Positions 1 to 14,108 of a stretch of DNA of 64,000 nt are shown one piece after another. This DNA comes from Octopus bimaculoides (taxonomy: Eukaryota). The notes beneath the pieces are model-generated. The model was given only the letters and a program-made list of their open reading frames with translations, was not told where the DNA came from and did no database searches. Numbering within the stretch: position 1 is the stretch's first letter; the number at the start of each line of letters is the position of its first letter. The stretch lies in NCBI RefSeq assembly GCF_001194135.2, contig NC_068988.1, forward strand, positions 4,749,115 through 4,813,114. Reading direction: 5' to 3'. A program made the translations under genes and the position numbers.

Positions 1-1313
1 ACTTATAATGACGTAAACTAAAGGATTAATTGACGAATAAGGCGTAACTATCGAACCTTCTTATTTATTACATTTATGCAAATATTGACTAAATTTTTAA
101 ATCATAATTTTAGCTTAATTTTCTATTTTTGATGCTTTAAATTATTTTCATGAAGCTCAACCTTGATATGAGTGTGTTATTTGTGGTTTGAATGTGGAGG
201 GAAATTTGTACGGAGAGATGAAATCTAACCAAGTTCTCAGAAATTCTGGAATATCTTGTGATCTGTAAATGTAACGATAGATATTCGTGTTTTGCTAAAT
301 CACAAATTCAGCAAACAGTACAGTTTTATAGATAAGAGGATAGGAAGTATAAACCATGAGGTTGTTGGTTTAATGTACGCTATTTTGACCAGTTGTAATT
401 CTCAAAATACCATTAAATCTCATTCTATAGATATTAACCTTTATTACATTAGATATAAATTTATATATAAGAGAGTCAAGACTATTGAAAAGGTTGCAAG
501 ACGCAACGAAAATTTTAGGAAAATAAAAATAAGAAATAAGTGGAAATTTTACCGGTGAGTATGTTAAATTATAAGGCACAAAATGAAAATGACTCTCCCC
601 AGACACAACAGAATATGCTTCAACACAAGAACTCACATAAAGAATCTTGCACACCAAATCCAAAAACGAAATATAAATTGTAAAATTCAACAAAACAAAA
701 CACGAATTTGTTTTCTCTACCTAAACTCTAACCTCCATAACAAGAGAAATTCCTCTTTAAAATATAGAAATACTACCACAACATTTGACCGAAATAACCT
801 GTTTCTATATTTCATGTACACCTGGGTAGCATTGATGCGAAATATTACATTTAACATTTCGTATTTTGGACGAAATATTACAAAAAAATGTATTTGTTTA
901 TGTTAACCTCTTCGCATTCAAATACTACTTAGCTGCCATTGTTTCTTCAGCTATACATGACAAATATTGTTTTGAAAGAGAGAAGACACATTTGGGGCCA
1001 AAGGGCAGAGAGATTATTTACATACAACACGGGATTTTCTTTCCTAAAACTTCCTGAGCACAGAAGCAAGTAGCAAACGAGATAAAGAAATCGTTAGAGT
1101 ATCTAATTATTTTGCTATTCTGCTATTCTGCTATTCTGGCGACTTGTACTCGTGATTTTTCTACGTCCATTTTTATCCGGCTGTCTTTTAGTATCGAAAT
1201 TGAGAACACATGTATTTAGAATGTTGATTGTGGTGAATAGCTTGTCTAGAATTTACCATCTCCCTCTGTTATAACAAAGATAATGCGCGAGCACACACGC
1301 ACACACACACATA

Positions 1314-1373
1314 TCTTTTATTTTTTGTCTTTTACTTGTTTCAGTCATTAAACTGCGGTCTTACTGGGGCACC
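1314..1373 (-). mobile_element. SINE 3'-end fragment
   Basis: The reverse complement ggtgccccagtaagaccgcagtttaatgactgaaacaagtaaaagacaaaaaataaaaga resembles a recurrent octopus SINE tail (recalled). Confidence 0.5.
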
Positions 1374-3404
1374 AGTTGCGTTATAAATGGGAATCTGACA
1401 ATATTGCAGATGCCAGACTTGCATTGTTGACTTTCGAAAAATTTAGGACAAGCTGTGGATAACAAAATATCATACATAAACCTTGTGTCATTTGAACATC
1501 AACGAAATTAAATATGCCTGAATGACCATGTCTGTGTTTCAGTATCCTGAAAATTCCACCAGTCGTTCCAATTCCGTAAAAACTTGTGAAAAAGATGGAG
1601 CCTAGTGACAGTGTTCAGTTACTGGTGTTTGAGAATTCTTTTGTTTCCTCTTATAATTCATCTTTTTAGTACATAATCTTCAAATACTACCTACATACTT
1701 TGCAGGCTCTTGTATGGGAGATTAGTTGGCCACAAATTATACGTTTAATGTACAGTGGTTGCGTATTATTTTATCAGTAATGCTACGAAATACTTATACG
1801 TTCTGCATATACAAAACAAACTGTATACACAAAAACTATGTATATATTATCAACCGTTGAACACAGATTCTAAGTTCAGTCGAACAACGATCAATTTTTA
1901 TATCAGTGATACGTCAAAAGTTTAGTAATTTTAAATTGGGAAATTTACCTTTCAGAGAGTCTACATCCCCCACTTTATTCACTAAAATAGCAGTTAAATC
2001 CCCACAAATCATATCCTATTGAGTCACGTCATTAAAAGATTTCTAAGACTTCATTCTACAAAACACTGAGTTATTTCATTATAGCCAAATCATACGTTTG
2101 ACATTGAACCAACACATATTTGCTTTGACATCACAACTGCCACTGAACTATTTCGCAAAAAGCGACACCGAATTGCACCGTTAGAACTTCCCTTGAGAGA
2201 CCTCATCTGCGTGCACTTACTGATTCATTACAATAAGCATTGGTGAGTGTTAATAAATGAACATTGCTGAGGTGTTTCATTACAACCACTTATGAAGTAT
2301 TTTGTTAGAACCACTACTCAGTGGTGTCATAAAAATTGTCTTCACCATTTTAAGAAACCAAACATGGAACTGAGCTGTGTCGTTAGAATGATTAATCTGG
2401 ACATCATTACAACGATTTTTTTACTCATAATAGCAAATAGTGATAGAAAATTGCTATACTGTGAACGGAAATATTGAAATAATGTTCCATTTGATTGTCA
2501 ACGCTCGAAATCGATTAATCAATTTAATAACTATTTAAAAAGATTTTTCAACTGAACCTGGTAGTCGTCCACACATCCGAGTTTTCATTTATTTTAACCT
2601 TTATTATACTATTTCTTAATGATAGAACTTTCAATTTATCTTGCTCTCAGTTTACACAGTAGTAAAGATCGATATGTATGTTGTACAATGATTGTAAAAC
2701 TATAGTAAACATAGAAATATTACTGAAGTGAAAATAACAAGTAAGAAAATATACATATATAAAACAATAGAAATTTGAACTCTACTTAACCCTGAAATAT
2801 ATATTGTTTCAATGAAGCAGATTTATTGTTCATATAGTTAGAAAATATACACTAGCTTCATTGATATAAGTTTAACACAAAAATATTTGTAGCTGGAAAA
2901 CTTATGTCTACTGAATCTCCATAATCATTTAGAAACAAATAGAAGACAAACAAACAGCAATGAACCTACGTTCTTCATTTCTAGGATAATAAACGACAGG
3001 TGTATTATGATGTACAAGATAAGCTTCTGGTGAATCATTTTCAAAAACACAATCTAGATTCAGATCACATAAGTCAATGACTCATAAATTCTATAGTTTG
3101 TAAAGAAGTAATAGTCTGGAATGAATACTGACAGGAAGAAATCAGAATAAACGAAAATAAGATTCCGCACACTGAAAAGAATGTATGAAAGCTAAGAGTC
3201 GATTGATGCCATGCGTTTCATAAAGAAATAGAATTAAAGTAGGAAAAATATTTCAAAATCAGATCGTTCTATCATCGTCTTCGTCACTGTCGTAATTGTC
3301 GTCGTCATCATCATGCACTCAAGAATTCCATGCGAGTTTCCATTTTCCATCGCTCTATAATGATAAGCTTCATTATATTTTAGCTTTCAGTATTTCTATA
3401 GATA

Positions 3405-3620
3405 AAGCGGCATCCTAGCAAAATCGTTGAGCCATTGGGTAAGGCGCTTAGCAGCATTTCACTCGTCTATGCGTTGTGAGTTCGTTTTCCACCAGGGTCG
3501 ACTTTACCTTTCATCCTTTCGGGGTCGATAAAATAAGCACCAGTTGAATACTGGGGTTGATGCAATCAACTTACCCTCTCCTCCGAAATTGCTGTCCTTG
3601 TGTTAAACTTTGAAAACAAT
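3405..3620 (+). mobile_element. tRNA-derived SINE (same family, diverged)
   Basis: aaaatcgttgagcc...gagttcgttttccaccagggtcgactttacctttcatcctttcggggtcgataaaataagcaccagttgaatactgggg. Confidence 0.8.
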
Positions 3621-3634
3621 ATTTCTATACATTA

Positions 3635-3850
3635 GACTGGCAACTGGAAAAATCATTCCCGGAGCATACAGAATGTTTAGCAGCATTTTTTCCATATCTT
3701 TAGGTTGTGAGTTCAAATGCTATCGAGGTCGACTTGCCTTTCATTCCAATATCGATATTAAAGTGCCCGGTCGTTACTAGATTTAGGGAATCAACGAACC
3801 CATCTCTACCAACTTTGTGACCCGGTATCTCAGTTAGGTATCATTATTTC
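3635..3850 (+). mobile_element. Second, more decayed SINE copy in tandem with the 3405 copy
   Basis: gagttcaaatgctatcgaggtcgacttgcctttcattcc...gatattaaagtgcccggtc; same order of motifs as the adjacent copy. Confidence 0.6.
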
Positions 3851-4503
3851 ATAATTTATCTTTTAATTAAATTGAATTTATATAAAAAAAAGTATTATAG
3901 TGTATTGATCTATTAATGTCAAACCAGTGATATTTATCCAACAAAGTGGTCCTGCTACGAATCATAAAACATTACTTGCAGCATTTCCTTTTTTCATCCA
4001 TATTTTACGATACACCCATTTTGAACATACCACTTATTGTGTAAGTAATACATTCTTGTTTAGCAGAACCACTACACTTGACTAAACATGAGAAAGAATG
4101 CTTCGTAGTCTCCTGTCTGAGTATTTTATATAGCATCTATATTTCTAAAACCATTTATTTTGCTAAATCACTGACGCACCACTAACATTCACTTGAATGG
4201 TAAAATGTGATACAGATTCGGACCAATAAAATTCAGCCAGCCCTACGTTAGTAACTGATACTTATATACACTGAATAATTACAGTCGATTCTACAATTTT
4301 TTACATATCAAAAGCTTGGACAAGGAGTCTCAAAAAAGATTAAATCTGGTTCAGCTACTGAATATATTTGTCGCACCAAAACAAAAACACTGTTAATACG
4401 CACGCAGTTTAGTCATCGAACTAGCTACCAGGATTGCACCAAATCGGTGAATTCGATTTGCTAAAGACTTGATAATAGTGAGAACGCACAGACACAAACA
4501 TAT

Positions 4504-4619
<116 letters not shown>

Positions 4620-6324
4620 ACAAAATTACGAACAGTTAGAAAAGGATCGTCAATTAGTAATGGAATCTCAGTCAATCTGGAACATTTAATTCTTCCTTGT
4701 TGGTCCACAACCTACCACACTGTTTATCCAATTGACTTTAAATTACACAGTGCAGTGTTGGATTAAATACATGTAGGTTTATTCTAGGTTTATATAACTA
4801 CATGACAACTTTTCTTTTATTATTTGGAAAGTGGTGGCAGATTTAAATTCCTAAAACTTTGTAAAAACATCACAATAAGGTCCCTGAGACTATTAATGAA
4901 AGGGGGATGGATTAGATCCAAAAAGTAAATAACAATGTGCAATTATGACTTAATTAAGAGGAAAGATCAAGTAGGATTAATGTATCCCCGATCAAGTGGA
5001 GCATAACTATTGAACGTATTTAATCATTTTAAAGGCTTTTGTTCTTTAAAAAGGATTTCAAATTAGATATCCGTTTACGACAACTTAAGCCATGAAAGCA
5101 ACAACAAACACTTATTAGGTATCTGATCTGAGATTTGCAACAGAATATTCACTGTGTCTCTAGATATCCGATGGTAAACGAAGTAATGCTTAAATTCTAA
5201 AGAAAGATACCTTTTTCTTGGTGATTTCGTAAGATCCCACAAGAATTAGCATTGAGTGAAAAAGAAAATAATTTATGGATACATAGTAGGATCCCTTTTT
5301 ATTGTTGGGTATTATATTAACAGTTGTCAGGGAAGCGTTAATATTTCTTACATTTTCCGAAAATGACATTTTCGCTTGTAATAGTCACCTTGGAATAATA
5401 ATGCATAAAAAGATAGATTAACGATATATTAAATCAATAAAGTTATCTTGCATTGATTAATAATTTTATATCTCTGGAAACTTAATCGTATTTTTCAACT
5501 GAATAAACGGAAATTTGCATATTGCTAATATAATCTTATACACCTTGTACTACGAATTTTAAATGTATAAAAGTGAAGGAGTAAATATCGAATGTTAAAA
5601 ACATAAAACATTAGCGCTACAAATTTAATGGAATCCTCAGAGGACCAGTTTTCATTGATACAATGAGCAGGAGATTTTTTTAATATTTCTGAAAACGATT
5701 TATTTGAAGATTACAGAAGGGTTTACTTTCTGAATTCCATTAAAACATTAATAACAAAGAGTATTTTCTAAACTTACCGAAATAAAATACAACCCATTTT
5801 TGAATTACGATAAAATAAAATATAAAACGAAAATGTCAATTCTATAGGCGTAAAATATTCAATTAATTATTTCTTAATCAAATTATACTGAAAAACATCT
5901 CAATGAATGAAGCAACATAAATAGAGGAATAGGAATCAGAACTTAAAATAAAATGATTGAATTTATTAGTCTTAATCAAATTAATATGCTCGTTAAAGTT
6001 TGTGTACGAGCAATGCAAACTTATAACCGAATTTAGCTATTTGAAAAACTTGCTGGCAGTAAATAATAGATCAATAAGGCAAATAAAACAGAAAAATAAT
6101 AATCATTATAGTAGCAATTTAATTTAAATCTGTGTTCTAAGAAATCAACATATTTAATCCAAGGAAGTTGAGAGGAAATATTTACTCATTATAATTTACG
6201 TTTTAACTTGTGTTACACAACCATCAAATCTCCGATATAAAAATACCTCTAAATTTGACTGTCAAACAGACTATGTGGAACGTCGATTTAAAAGTGTAAT
6301 ACAAGTCAGAATTAGATACACAAA

Positions 6325-6349
6325 TATATGTGCGTACACACACACACAC

Positions 6350-6420
<71 letters not shown>

Positions 6421-6559
6421 TGTATGTATGTAAGTATATATATATATTTGAATAGATATATACATACATATATGTATACATATAATATATATGTATGTAC
6501 GTATATGTTTGCGTGTGTGTGTATATATATATATATATGTACATATATATATGTATATA

Positions 6560-6597
<38 letters not shown>

Positions 6598-6612
6598 GAT
6601 ATAGATATATAT
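6325..6612. repeat. Compound (CA)/(TA)/(TG) microsatellite
   Basis: Directly visible. Confidence 0.95.
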
Positions 6613-6780
6613 AGCCTCCGAGACTACTAGAAGATGGAGGTGTGCTCAAAATCGAAACCAGGCTTCAAGACTTAGAAAAGCTACCCAAAGAACCTGGTGA
6701 TGGTTTTAAACAGATAGAGCGCATGTTGTCCATTGTGATATTTGAACTGAGCCGCAAGAAACATGTAGTTTCGCCAATAC

Positions 6781-6925
6781 AACGCTCTCGGTTAGTGCAT
6801 TTTTATTGACCTCGAAAGGATGGAAGCCGAGGTTGACTTAATCAGGATTATAAATCACAGTGCAGGACCAGAACAAACACTGAGAACCCTTGTGCTCGAC
6901 AAGCTAAAGACTTGCCAGTAACCTT
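6781..6925 (-). mobile_element. Decayed SINE fragment
   Basis: The reverse complement contains gtcaacctcggcttccatcctttcgaggtcaataaaaatgcac, homologous to the SINE body above. Confidence 0.55.
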
Positions 6926-8323
6926 CAGCCTACGGGGATCTGTCTTTCTGTGAGTTTATTTATATACCAAAGGCAAACCTCTTTGTGTTGTGTGTGTATC
7001 TTTATAACATCTAGGAGTATCAAATCTGATGATATACTTGGTTAACCATTGAAAGAGGTTGAGATAACATAAACATTTGACATATGCATAAATCCATGAA
7101 TCAATAACAATATGAAGCGATACACAGAAATAAACTTACCGTCAACCATGTAAAAACAATTTCCATGCAGGCATGCAAGAAAAAAATAAAAAGGGTTACC
7201 ATAAATGCCCTGGCAACTAAGAAGAATATCATTCAGTCTATACAATTAAGTAAAAAATGACAATAATATAAAAATGAAAACATTATTGATGATCACTAGC
7301 TAATATAGTATTTTTCTACTGCAAAGAATGTTTTGCTAATTATCTGTATAGAACAATATTCCATGAAAGTACCAAGAGTAATAAAGCAATGTCTAGAATA
7401 GAGAAAAAGTTCTGATTAAGAAAGCTATTGTTTTCTTTAGCCTTATCAATTAAGCATTGCTTTTATGACATAGCTCCTATGTGACATGCAATTAAGAAAT
7501 GATTAATTGTTGTTTGAACACTCTACTATAAATGCTATAGAAAATCGTGCTGCACTCGTCCAACAAATACTGAGAACAATATTTTTGTTATATCTTATTT
7601 TTATGTATTTGCTAATATAGATCAATGTCTGAGTCGAATTTATTTATATTTCATTTTATATTTTGATATTTGTGAAGATAATGCATATAAAATGTTATTT
7701 CATTTCATTGCACAAATACAATTCACCTATAACATACATTATATTTCAATAATATTAATGAGACTTAATTGCATGTGTGTATGAAAGCTTGGTTTATNNN
7801 NNNNNNNNNNNNNNNNNNNNNNNNNNNNNNNNNNNNNNNNNNNNNNNNNNNNNNNNNNNNNNNNNNNNNNNNNNNNNNNNNNNNNNNNNNNNNNNNNNNN
7901 NNNNNNNNNNNNNNNNNNNNNNNNNNNNNNNNNNNNNNNNNNNNNNNNNNNNNNNNNNNNNNNNNNNNNNNNNNNNNNNNNNNNNNNNNNNNNNNNNNNN
8001 NNNNNNNNNNNNNNNNNNNNNNNNNNNNNNNNNNNNNNNNNNNNNNNNNNNNNNNNNNNNNNNNNNNNNNNNNNNNTACTAAAATCAAAAGATTAAGCTC
8101 AATATGGAATTTAAGAAATATTTGTAAACAGTCATGGCTCAAAGACTAATATTCTTTACTTACATTTGTTTTTTTATTGGTCAGTTATTCAGGAGGAGGA
8201 GGAGGCTACACCCATGACGTTATGAGGGTCTCCGAGATCAGACAAAAAATTACTCCACTACACAAACATTTAGCGTTCATTCTATAGTCCACATAATAAC
8301 CCTTCTTATAAGAATAATCTGTA

Positions 8324-8535
8324 AAAGGCGGTGAGGTGGCAGAAACGTTAGCACGCCGGGCGAAATGCTTAGCGGCGTTTCGTCTGTCTTTACATTCCCA
8401 GTTCAAATTCCGCCGTGATCTACTTTGTCTTTCATCCTTTCGGGATCGATAAATTAATTACTAATTGAGTACTGGGGTCGATCTAATCGACTGGCCCCTC
8501 CCATAAAGATTTCGGGCCTTGTGCCTAGAATAGCA
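8324..8535 (+). mobile_element. tRNA-derived SINE with a 14-bp target-site duplication
   Basis: A-box-like GTGGCAGAAACGTTAG, B-box-like CAGTTCAAATTCC, body tttcatcctttcgggatcgataaa. Flanked by aagaataatctgta at 8310-8323 and 8536-8549. Confidence 0.88.
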
Positions 8536-11500
8536 AAGAATAATCTGTATTTCCCCACAGTATCAATGCAATCATGTACAGATCTCCTATTTCTCTCTCT
8601 AAGACTTTCAATTTAAGGGTGTCATCTCCAAATCTTAACATTGGTCCCGTTATCCAGTAATCCCAGCAGCGTAATTCCAAATAGGTATGTGTATGTTTAT
8701 ACGCGTGTATATATATATATATACATGGGGGGAGCGACAGAGAGAGTGTTCTGTTCTGTACGCACGTATGTATGTCAGTATGATGGAAGTCGACTCACCA
8801 TTCTTTGTTAATGAGATGAAAAAAAGATAACTTTTCAACCGAGATGAAGATTTGCAGCTTTTACCACGACTATTATATGTCTGTGTAAATGTCTGAAGAA
8901 TCCTATGTATTGATATTACGTACAGATAAATGTTTCCTCCGACTTCAAACATAAAAACAACGCTTATTACATGAGTAGCATATGTTTCTTCGGTGTGGAT
9001 AATTTAATTGTAATTGCCTGAAGATCATGTACAGAAGGCAAAACAACACAGCAGAATGTCTTGACGTAAACAACACCTTTAGAAAAAAAAAATTATAAGT
9101 TGAGGATGGAAAAGAATTCTTAATATGACCGTCCTTGCATCTCATTTCGATGTACGTGTAAGAATTATATATAAATATGTGTGTATGCATGTGCGTGTTT
9201 GTGTGGGTGAATATATACGTTTATGCTTGCCCATATGAGCTATATCAATAGTTGCTTCCAAGCTCAAATGATATATTCCAAACAGAACGTGGAAATTAAA
9301 ATGGAATAAGTAAGATTATTATGCATGATCTTAGATAATAGCCATTATTGGATTGTAAAGATTTAGTATTTATATTTGCCTCGAAATATTTATTACTGAC
9401 GCTGCTAGTAGTCTGAATCCTAGAGTGTAAACATCTGTTATGTCTATTGTATTTTGTATCTCAGATTAAACATATGTTGCTCATGAGTATAATATATTTT
9501 TGAACATTTGCATTAGCCTTTATATAATGTAAAATATGACACCTAGGATAGGAACGCCTGGAGTAAACTCTCACCATTTTCTTTTGAAGAAGATAATTTA
9601 TTTGAACATAATGCCATGGAGTTATGTTTGAAATTTATTACACCCTTTCTTTAGTAATAAGACTATTACGATACACTTAAAACATCAAAGAACAAAACGA
9701 AGCACATTAAGCATTGAGTCTTTGTACAGTTTTAATGATAAAGATTTGTAATCTATTTAATGTGCTTTTACTTCAAGTTTATTTTAAAACTGCTTCAAAT
9801 ACTCATATATTTAATCCCCAACGCTAACATTGAAATTTGTCATGAACGAGTTCATCAAATAGAGGCGGGAAATAAATATGTAAACTCATAACGTATTTAA
9901 CATAAACTATTTTTTGTCCCTTAGAGCTTGCAGAAACACAACCTACATGCATGATTTGTCTTGCACGATTTTGAAATCGTAATTCCTCGTCAATACCAGC
10001 ATAATAGATACTACTTTATTGCAGCAGATTTCTATTTAGATATTCGCAAGTTCTCCATAGTATCTCATTACTTATTTCATTCATAGAAATAGATTTTAGG
10101 AAGGTTTCTGTTGAGATTGTTAATAACAATCGGAATATTTAGCTCCATCGATTCAAATTTTAGTTGTCAACTAAAATAGATTTTGGCTAATTTTAAAATA
10201 TGAAGGAATGACTTTAATATATATTTGTTATTAAATATTCAAACGATTACCATTATTTTATGGGATTACGTTTTTGAAAGTAATACTTTAGAAGCAACTA
10301 CTATTTCTTGTTATTTCATTTTCCATTTATTTCTATTTAATATACGCAGACTTGAATTGTTTCTTAAGCAATGTGCATTACCTTGTCAAATTTAGCAGAA
10401 TATTCTTTATGCAATCTTTGTAAAACCATTAAATTCGTATCTTGACATTTTGCAGAATAATATAAGAAAAAGAATGGAAAAGTCGAAATGGGAATCATTT
10501 TTTCAATAAGTTGTTTACTTCTGTGTTTAAAATACACTGCAATGCATAATATTGTTGTGATGTATGAAGGATTGAGATCGGAATTTGTTTTGTTTTTTTT
10601 TGTTTTTGTTTTTTGTACTTTCATAAATTGTGACACTCGTAATCATTGTTTTGTCTAAAACTATTCCAAGGAATCTAATATATTTAAGCTTTTCTAAAGA
10701 ATTGCTATTTTGTTTTATCGTGTCAATATGTCAGTTTTATTAAAAAGACGTTCATGGATAATCACGATTAAAGCTAAATGTTGCCAATGCATTCCCTTTA
10801 CGGATCAATAATTTAATGTAAATCAGATTAGATTCAATACACATTTTACCAAACTACATTCTTGAGCATAATATAACTGTTTATTCTATATATTGATAGT
10901 GATTCTTAAAACTTATCAGATTGAAGTTTGAAAAATCAGATTATTCTACGACATTCACAGGCAGATATATTCCATGCATATAACTTTACTCAAGTACACG
11001 TCAATTGTAGGTCAATGTATAATTAAATAATTTAATTCGACTTTTAATTTGGAAGGTTAGAATTTCTATTGAGCTATACCTTTATAGAGATAAAACATTT
11101 AAATAGATTCAAGAACTTTGATCACATTAAATAAACTAAAAGGCACCTGACAATTATGAACATTATATATACCTCCCATTAGGATGAAATTTCCGAATAG
11201 ATTTAAAAATCGAGAGTGAAATACTTTGTATTAGGTTATATGCTGTCTTTAGCACAGAATTATCAGAGAATACAGCAAACTACAATAAACTATGGCATAT
11301 TATTTGTTTGTGACACACCTTCTAAGATGTAAAAGATGACTTTTTGCAGACCTCGTAATCTATAAATACATTCCTACAATTGTCAGTTTCTTGAAGGTGT
11401 TGTCGATTTAGTTACACGAAATAACATGGTTACGTGAGGCAAAAAGATCACAGAGAAACAGATATTTCCTGTTAATGAGTAATTAAATATCCATGAAAAT

Positions 11501-11681
11501 AGGGGGCAAATATGAGTTAGAAGATGAACAATAGTAACTTGTGAGGGTGAGACAGAGAATTACTCTATGAAGCAGAATGTGAACACTAAATACTTAATGC
11601 ATTGTCATCTCACTCCCGCTTATACGTTTGTTATCAATAAATCTTTTACATTTAGTTACCTGCCAAACAACCTACATCTCT

Positions 11682-12011
11682 ATCATCATCATCATCATCA
11701 TCATCGTTTAACGTCCGCTTTCCATGCTAGCATGGGTTGGACGATTTGACTGAGGACTGGTGCAACCGGATGGCTACACCAGGCTCCAATCTAATTTGGC
11801 AGAGTTTCTACAGCTGGATGCCCTTCCTAACGCCAACCACTCAGAGAGTGTAGTGGGTGCTTTTACGTGTCACCCGCACGAAAACGGCCACGCTCGAAAT
11901 GGTGTCTTTTATGTGCCACCCGCACAAGAGCCAGTCCAGGGGCACTGGCAACGATCTCACTTGGCTTGCCGGGTCTTCTCACGCACAGCACATTTCCAAA
12001 GGTCTCGGTCA
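11682..12011 (-). mobile_element. SINE/LINE-type 3' end with a (GAT)n tail
   Basis: The reverse complement ends ...ggcgttaggaagggcatccagctgtagaaactctgcc...cccatgctagcatggaaagcggacgttaaacgatgatgatg. I recall this as a very abundant octopus-type repeat, and a simple-repeat tail is typical of non-LTR insertions. Confidence 0.78.
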
Positions 12012-13047
12012 ATATAATTTCATAAACTGAAGGAAATGGCCAGCTTTCAATGTTAATTTGACATTGATTTGCAGGTATCGTTCTTCAGTCCACGGGATTT
12101 AGTGCTTATCTTCAATATATCCATTCTTTCTTCCAAACAGTCCCAGCTATTCACAATAACTTATTTTCATTTTCCCTTTTTAATCACATACTCTTCCTTA
12201 AATGTTTTCCATAACTTATTTTAACCATAATTTTCTCCTGTAACTTTAAATATTACATTTCCTCACATTAGGTTATCTTTATCTTCTCTTTTTAGTTTCC
12301 CACTTTTTCTCAGCCTTCTTTTCTCACCTTTTCCTTTATTTTCTCTCCTCTTTCCACCTACCCCCTCCTTTTTCCTTTGTTTCTTCTGGTTTCGTCTTCC
12401 TTTCCTTTTTCTTTTCACTTAACTCTCACCTATATACATCACCTCTACCTTTACAGATCCCATGTAAATAATATGCAATTTATAAATTGTACCACACCTG
12501 TACCCAGCAGTTAATTCTATGAACAATTTTAAGCTTTCTTCAAACATTTTCATTTCTTAATCTTTTATCTCTTTTACAATTCACTTTCAGCAATCTCTCC
12601 ATCGCACTTTTTCGTATTGCTCATTCACTTTCAAATAAATCTTATATCCTCTTGCATGCTATTTTACACATTTTTTTTTATTGTTAACTTCTATATTTAT
12701 TTCCTAGTTTTCAGTACTAACACTTCTATCAATAGTTTCCCCTTCAAGCATCATAGTTGTTGTCAGATGTATAACCACAACAACAAACTTGAATTTATTT
12801 CAAACTCTATCTCACTAATGCATTTATTTCCCAAATTATTATTATTATAACTGTTACTATTATTGATGATGATGATGATGATGATGATGATGTAGCAGCA
12901 GCGATATTACCATCCGCGTTTTTCCATTATACCTTCTTCAAGTATTATTTTCATTTTAAATTTTACTAGCATAATAGTCAATATTATCGCTATCATTATT
13001 ATAAACGTTCACATTGAACTAATCCTTTACACCACTTCCGCTTCTAT

Positions 13048-13095
<48 letters not shown>

Positions 13096-14057
13096 NNNNN
13101 NNNNNNNNNNNNNNNNNNNNNNNNNNNNNNNNNNNNNNNNNNNNNNNNNNNNNNNNNNNNNNNNNNNNNNNNNNNNNNNNNNNNNNNNNNNNNNNNNNNN
13201 NNNNNNNNNNNNNNNNNNNNNNNNNNNNNNNNNNNNNNNNNNNNNNNNNNNNNNNNNNNNNNNNNNNNNNNNNNNNNNNNNNNNNNNNNNNNNNNNNNNN
13301 NNNNNNNNNNNNNNNNNNNNNNNNNNNNNNNNNNNNNNNNNNNNNNNNNNNNNNNNNNNNNNNNNNNNNNNNNNNNNNNNNNNNNNNNNNNNNNNNNNNN
13401 NNNNNNNNNNNNNNNNNNNNNNNNNNNNNNNNNNNNNNNNNNNNNNNNNNNNNNNNNNNNNNNNNNNNNNNNNNNNNNNNNNNNNNNNNNNNNNNNNNNN
13501 NNNNNNNNNNNNNNNNNNNNNNNNNNNNNNNNNNNNNNNNNNNNNNNNNNNNNNNNNNNNNNNNNNNNNNNNNNNNNNNNNNNNNNNNNNNNNNNNNNNN
13601 NNNNNNNNNNNNNNNNNNNNNNNNNNNNNNNNNNNNNNNNNNNNNNNNNNNNNNNNNNNNNNNNNNNNNNNNNNNNNNNNNNNNNNNNNNNNNNNNNNNN
13701 NNNNNNNNNNNNNNNNNNNNNNNNNNNNNNNNNNNNNNNNNNNNNNNNNNNNNNNNNNNNNNNNNNNNNNNNNNNNNNNNNNNNNNNNNNNNNNNNNNNN
13801 NNNNNNNNNNNNNNNNNNNNNNNNNNNNNNNNNNNNNNNNNNNNNNNNNNNNNNNNNNNNNNNNNNNNNNNNNNNNNNNNNNNNNNNNNNNNNNNNNNNN
13901 NNNNNNNNNNNNNNNNNNNNNNNNNNNNNNNNNNNNNNNNNNNNNNNNNNNNNNNNNNNNNNNNNNNNNNNNNNNNNNNNNNNNNNNNNNNNNNNNNNNN
14001 NNNNNNNNNNNNNNNNNNNNNNNNNNNNNNNNNNNNNNNNNNNNNNNNNNNNNNNNN
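13096..14057. other. Largest assembly gap. Other gaps: 7798-8076, 27007-27189, 27712-27960, 37768-38148, 42717-43094, 44251-44441, 61441-61900, 63108-63302, plus several 10-N gaps
   Basis: Runs of N, mostly flanked by (TA)n, (TG)n or (AG)n tracts. Confidence 0.99.
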
Positions 14058-14067
14058 TATATATTTG

Positions 14068-14108
<41 letters not shown>

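Noticed and set aside
8324-8420. A/B-box sequences (also at 19312, 27440 and 48531) as tRNA genes.
   Set aside because: No cloverleaf can be built, and each continues into a shared SINE body.
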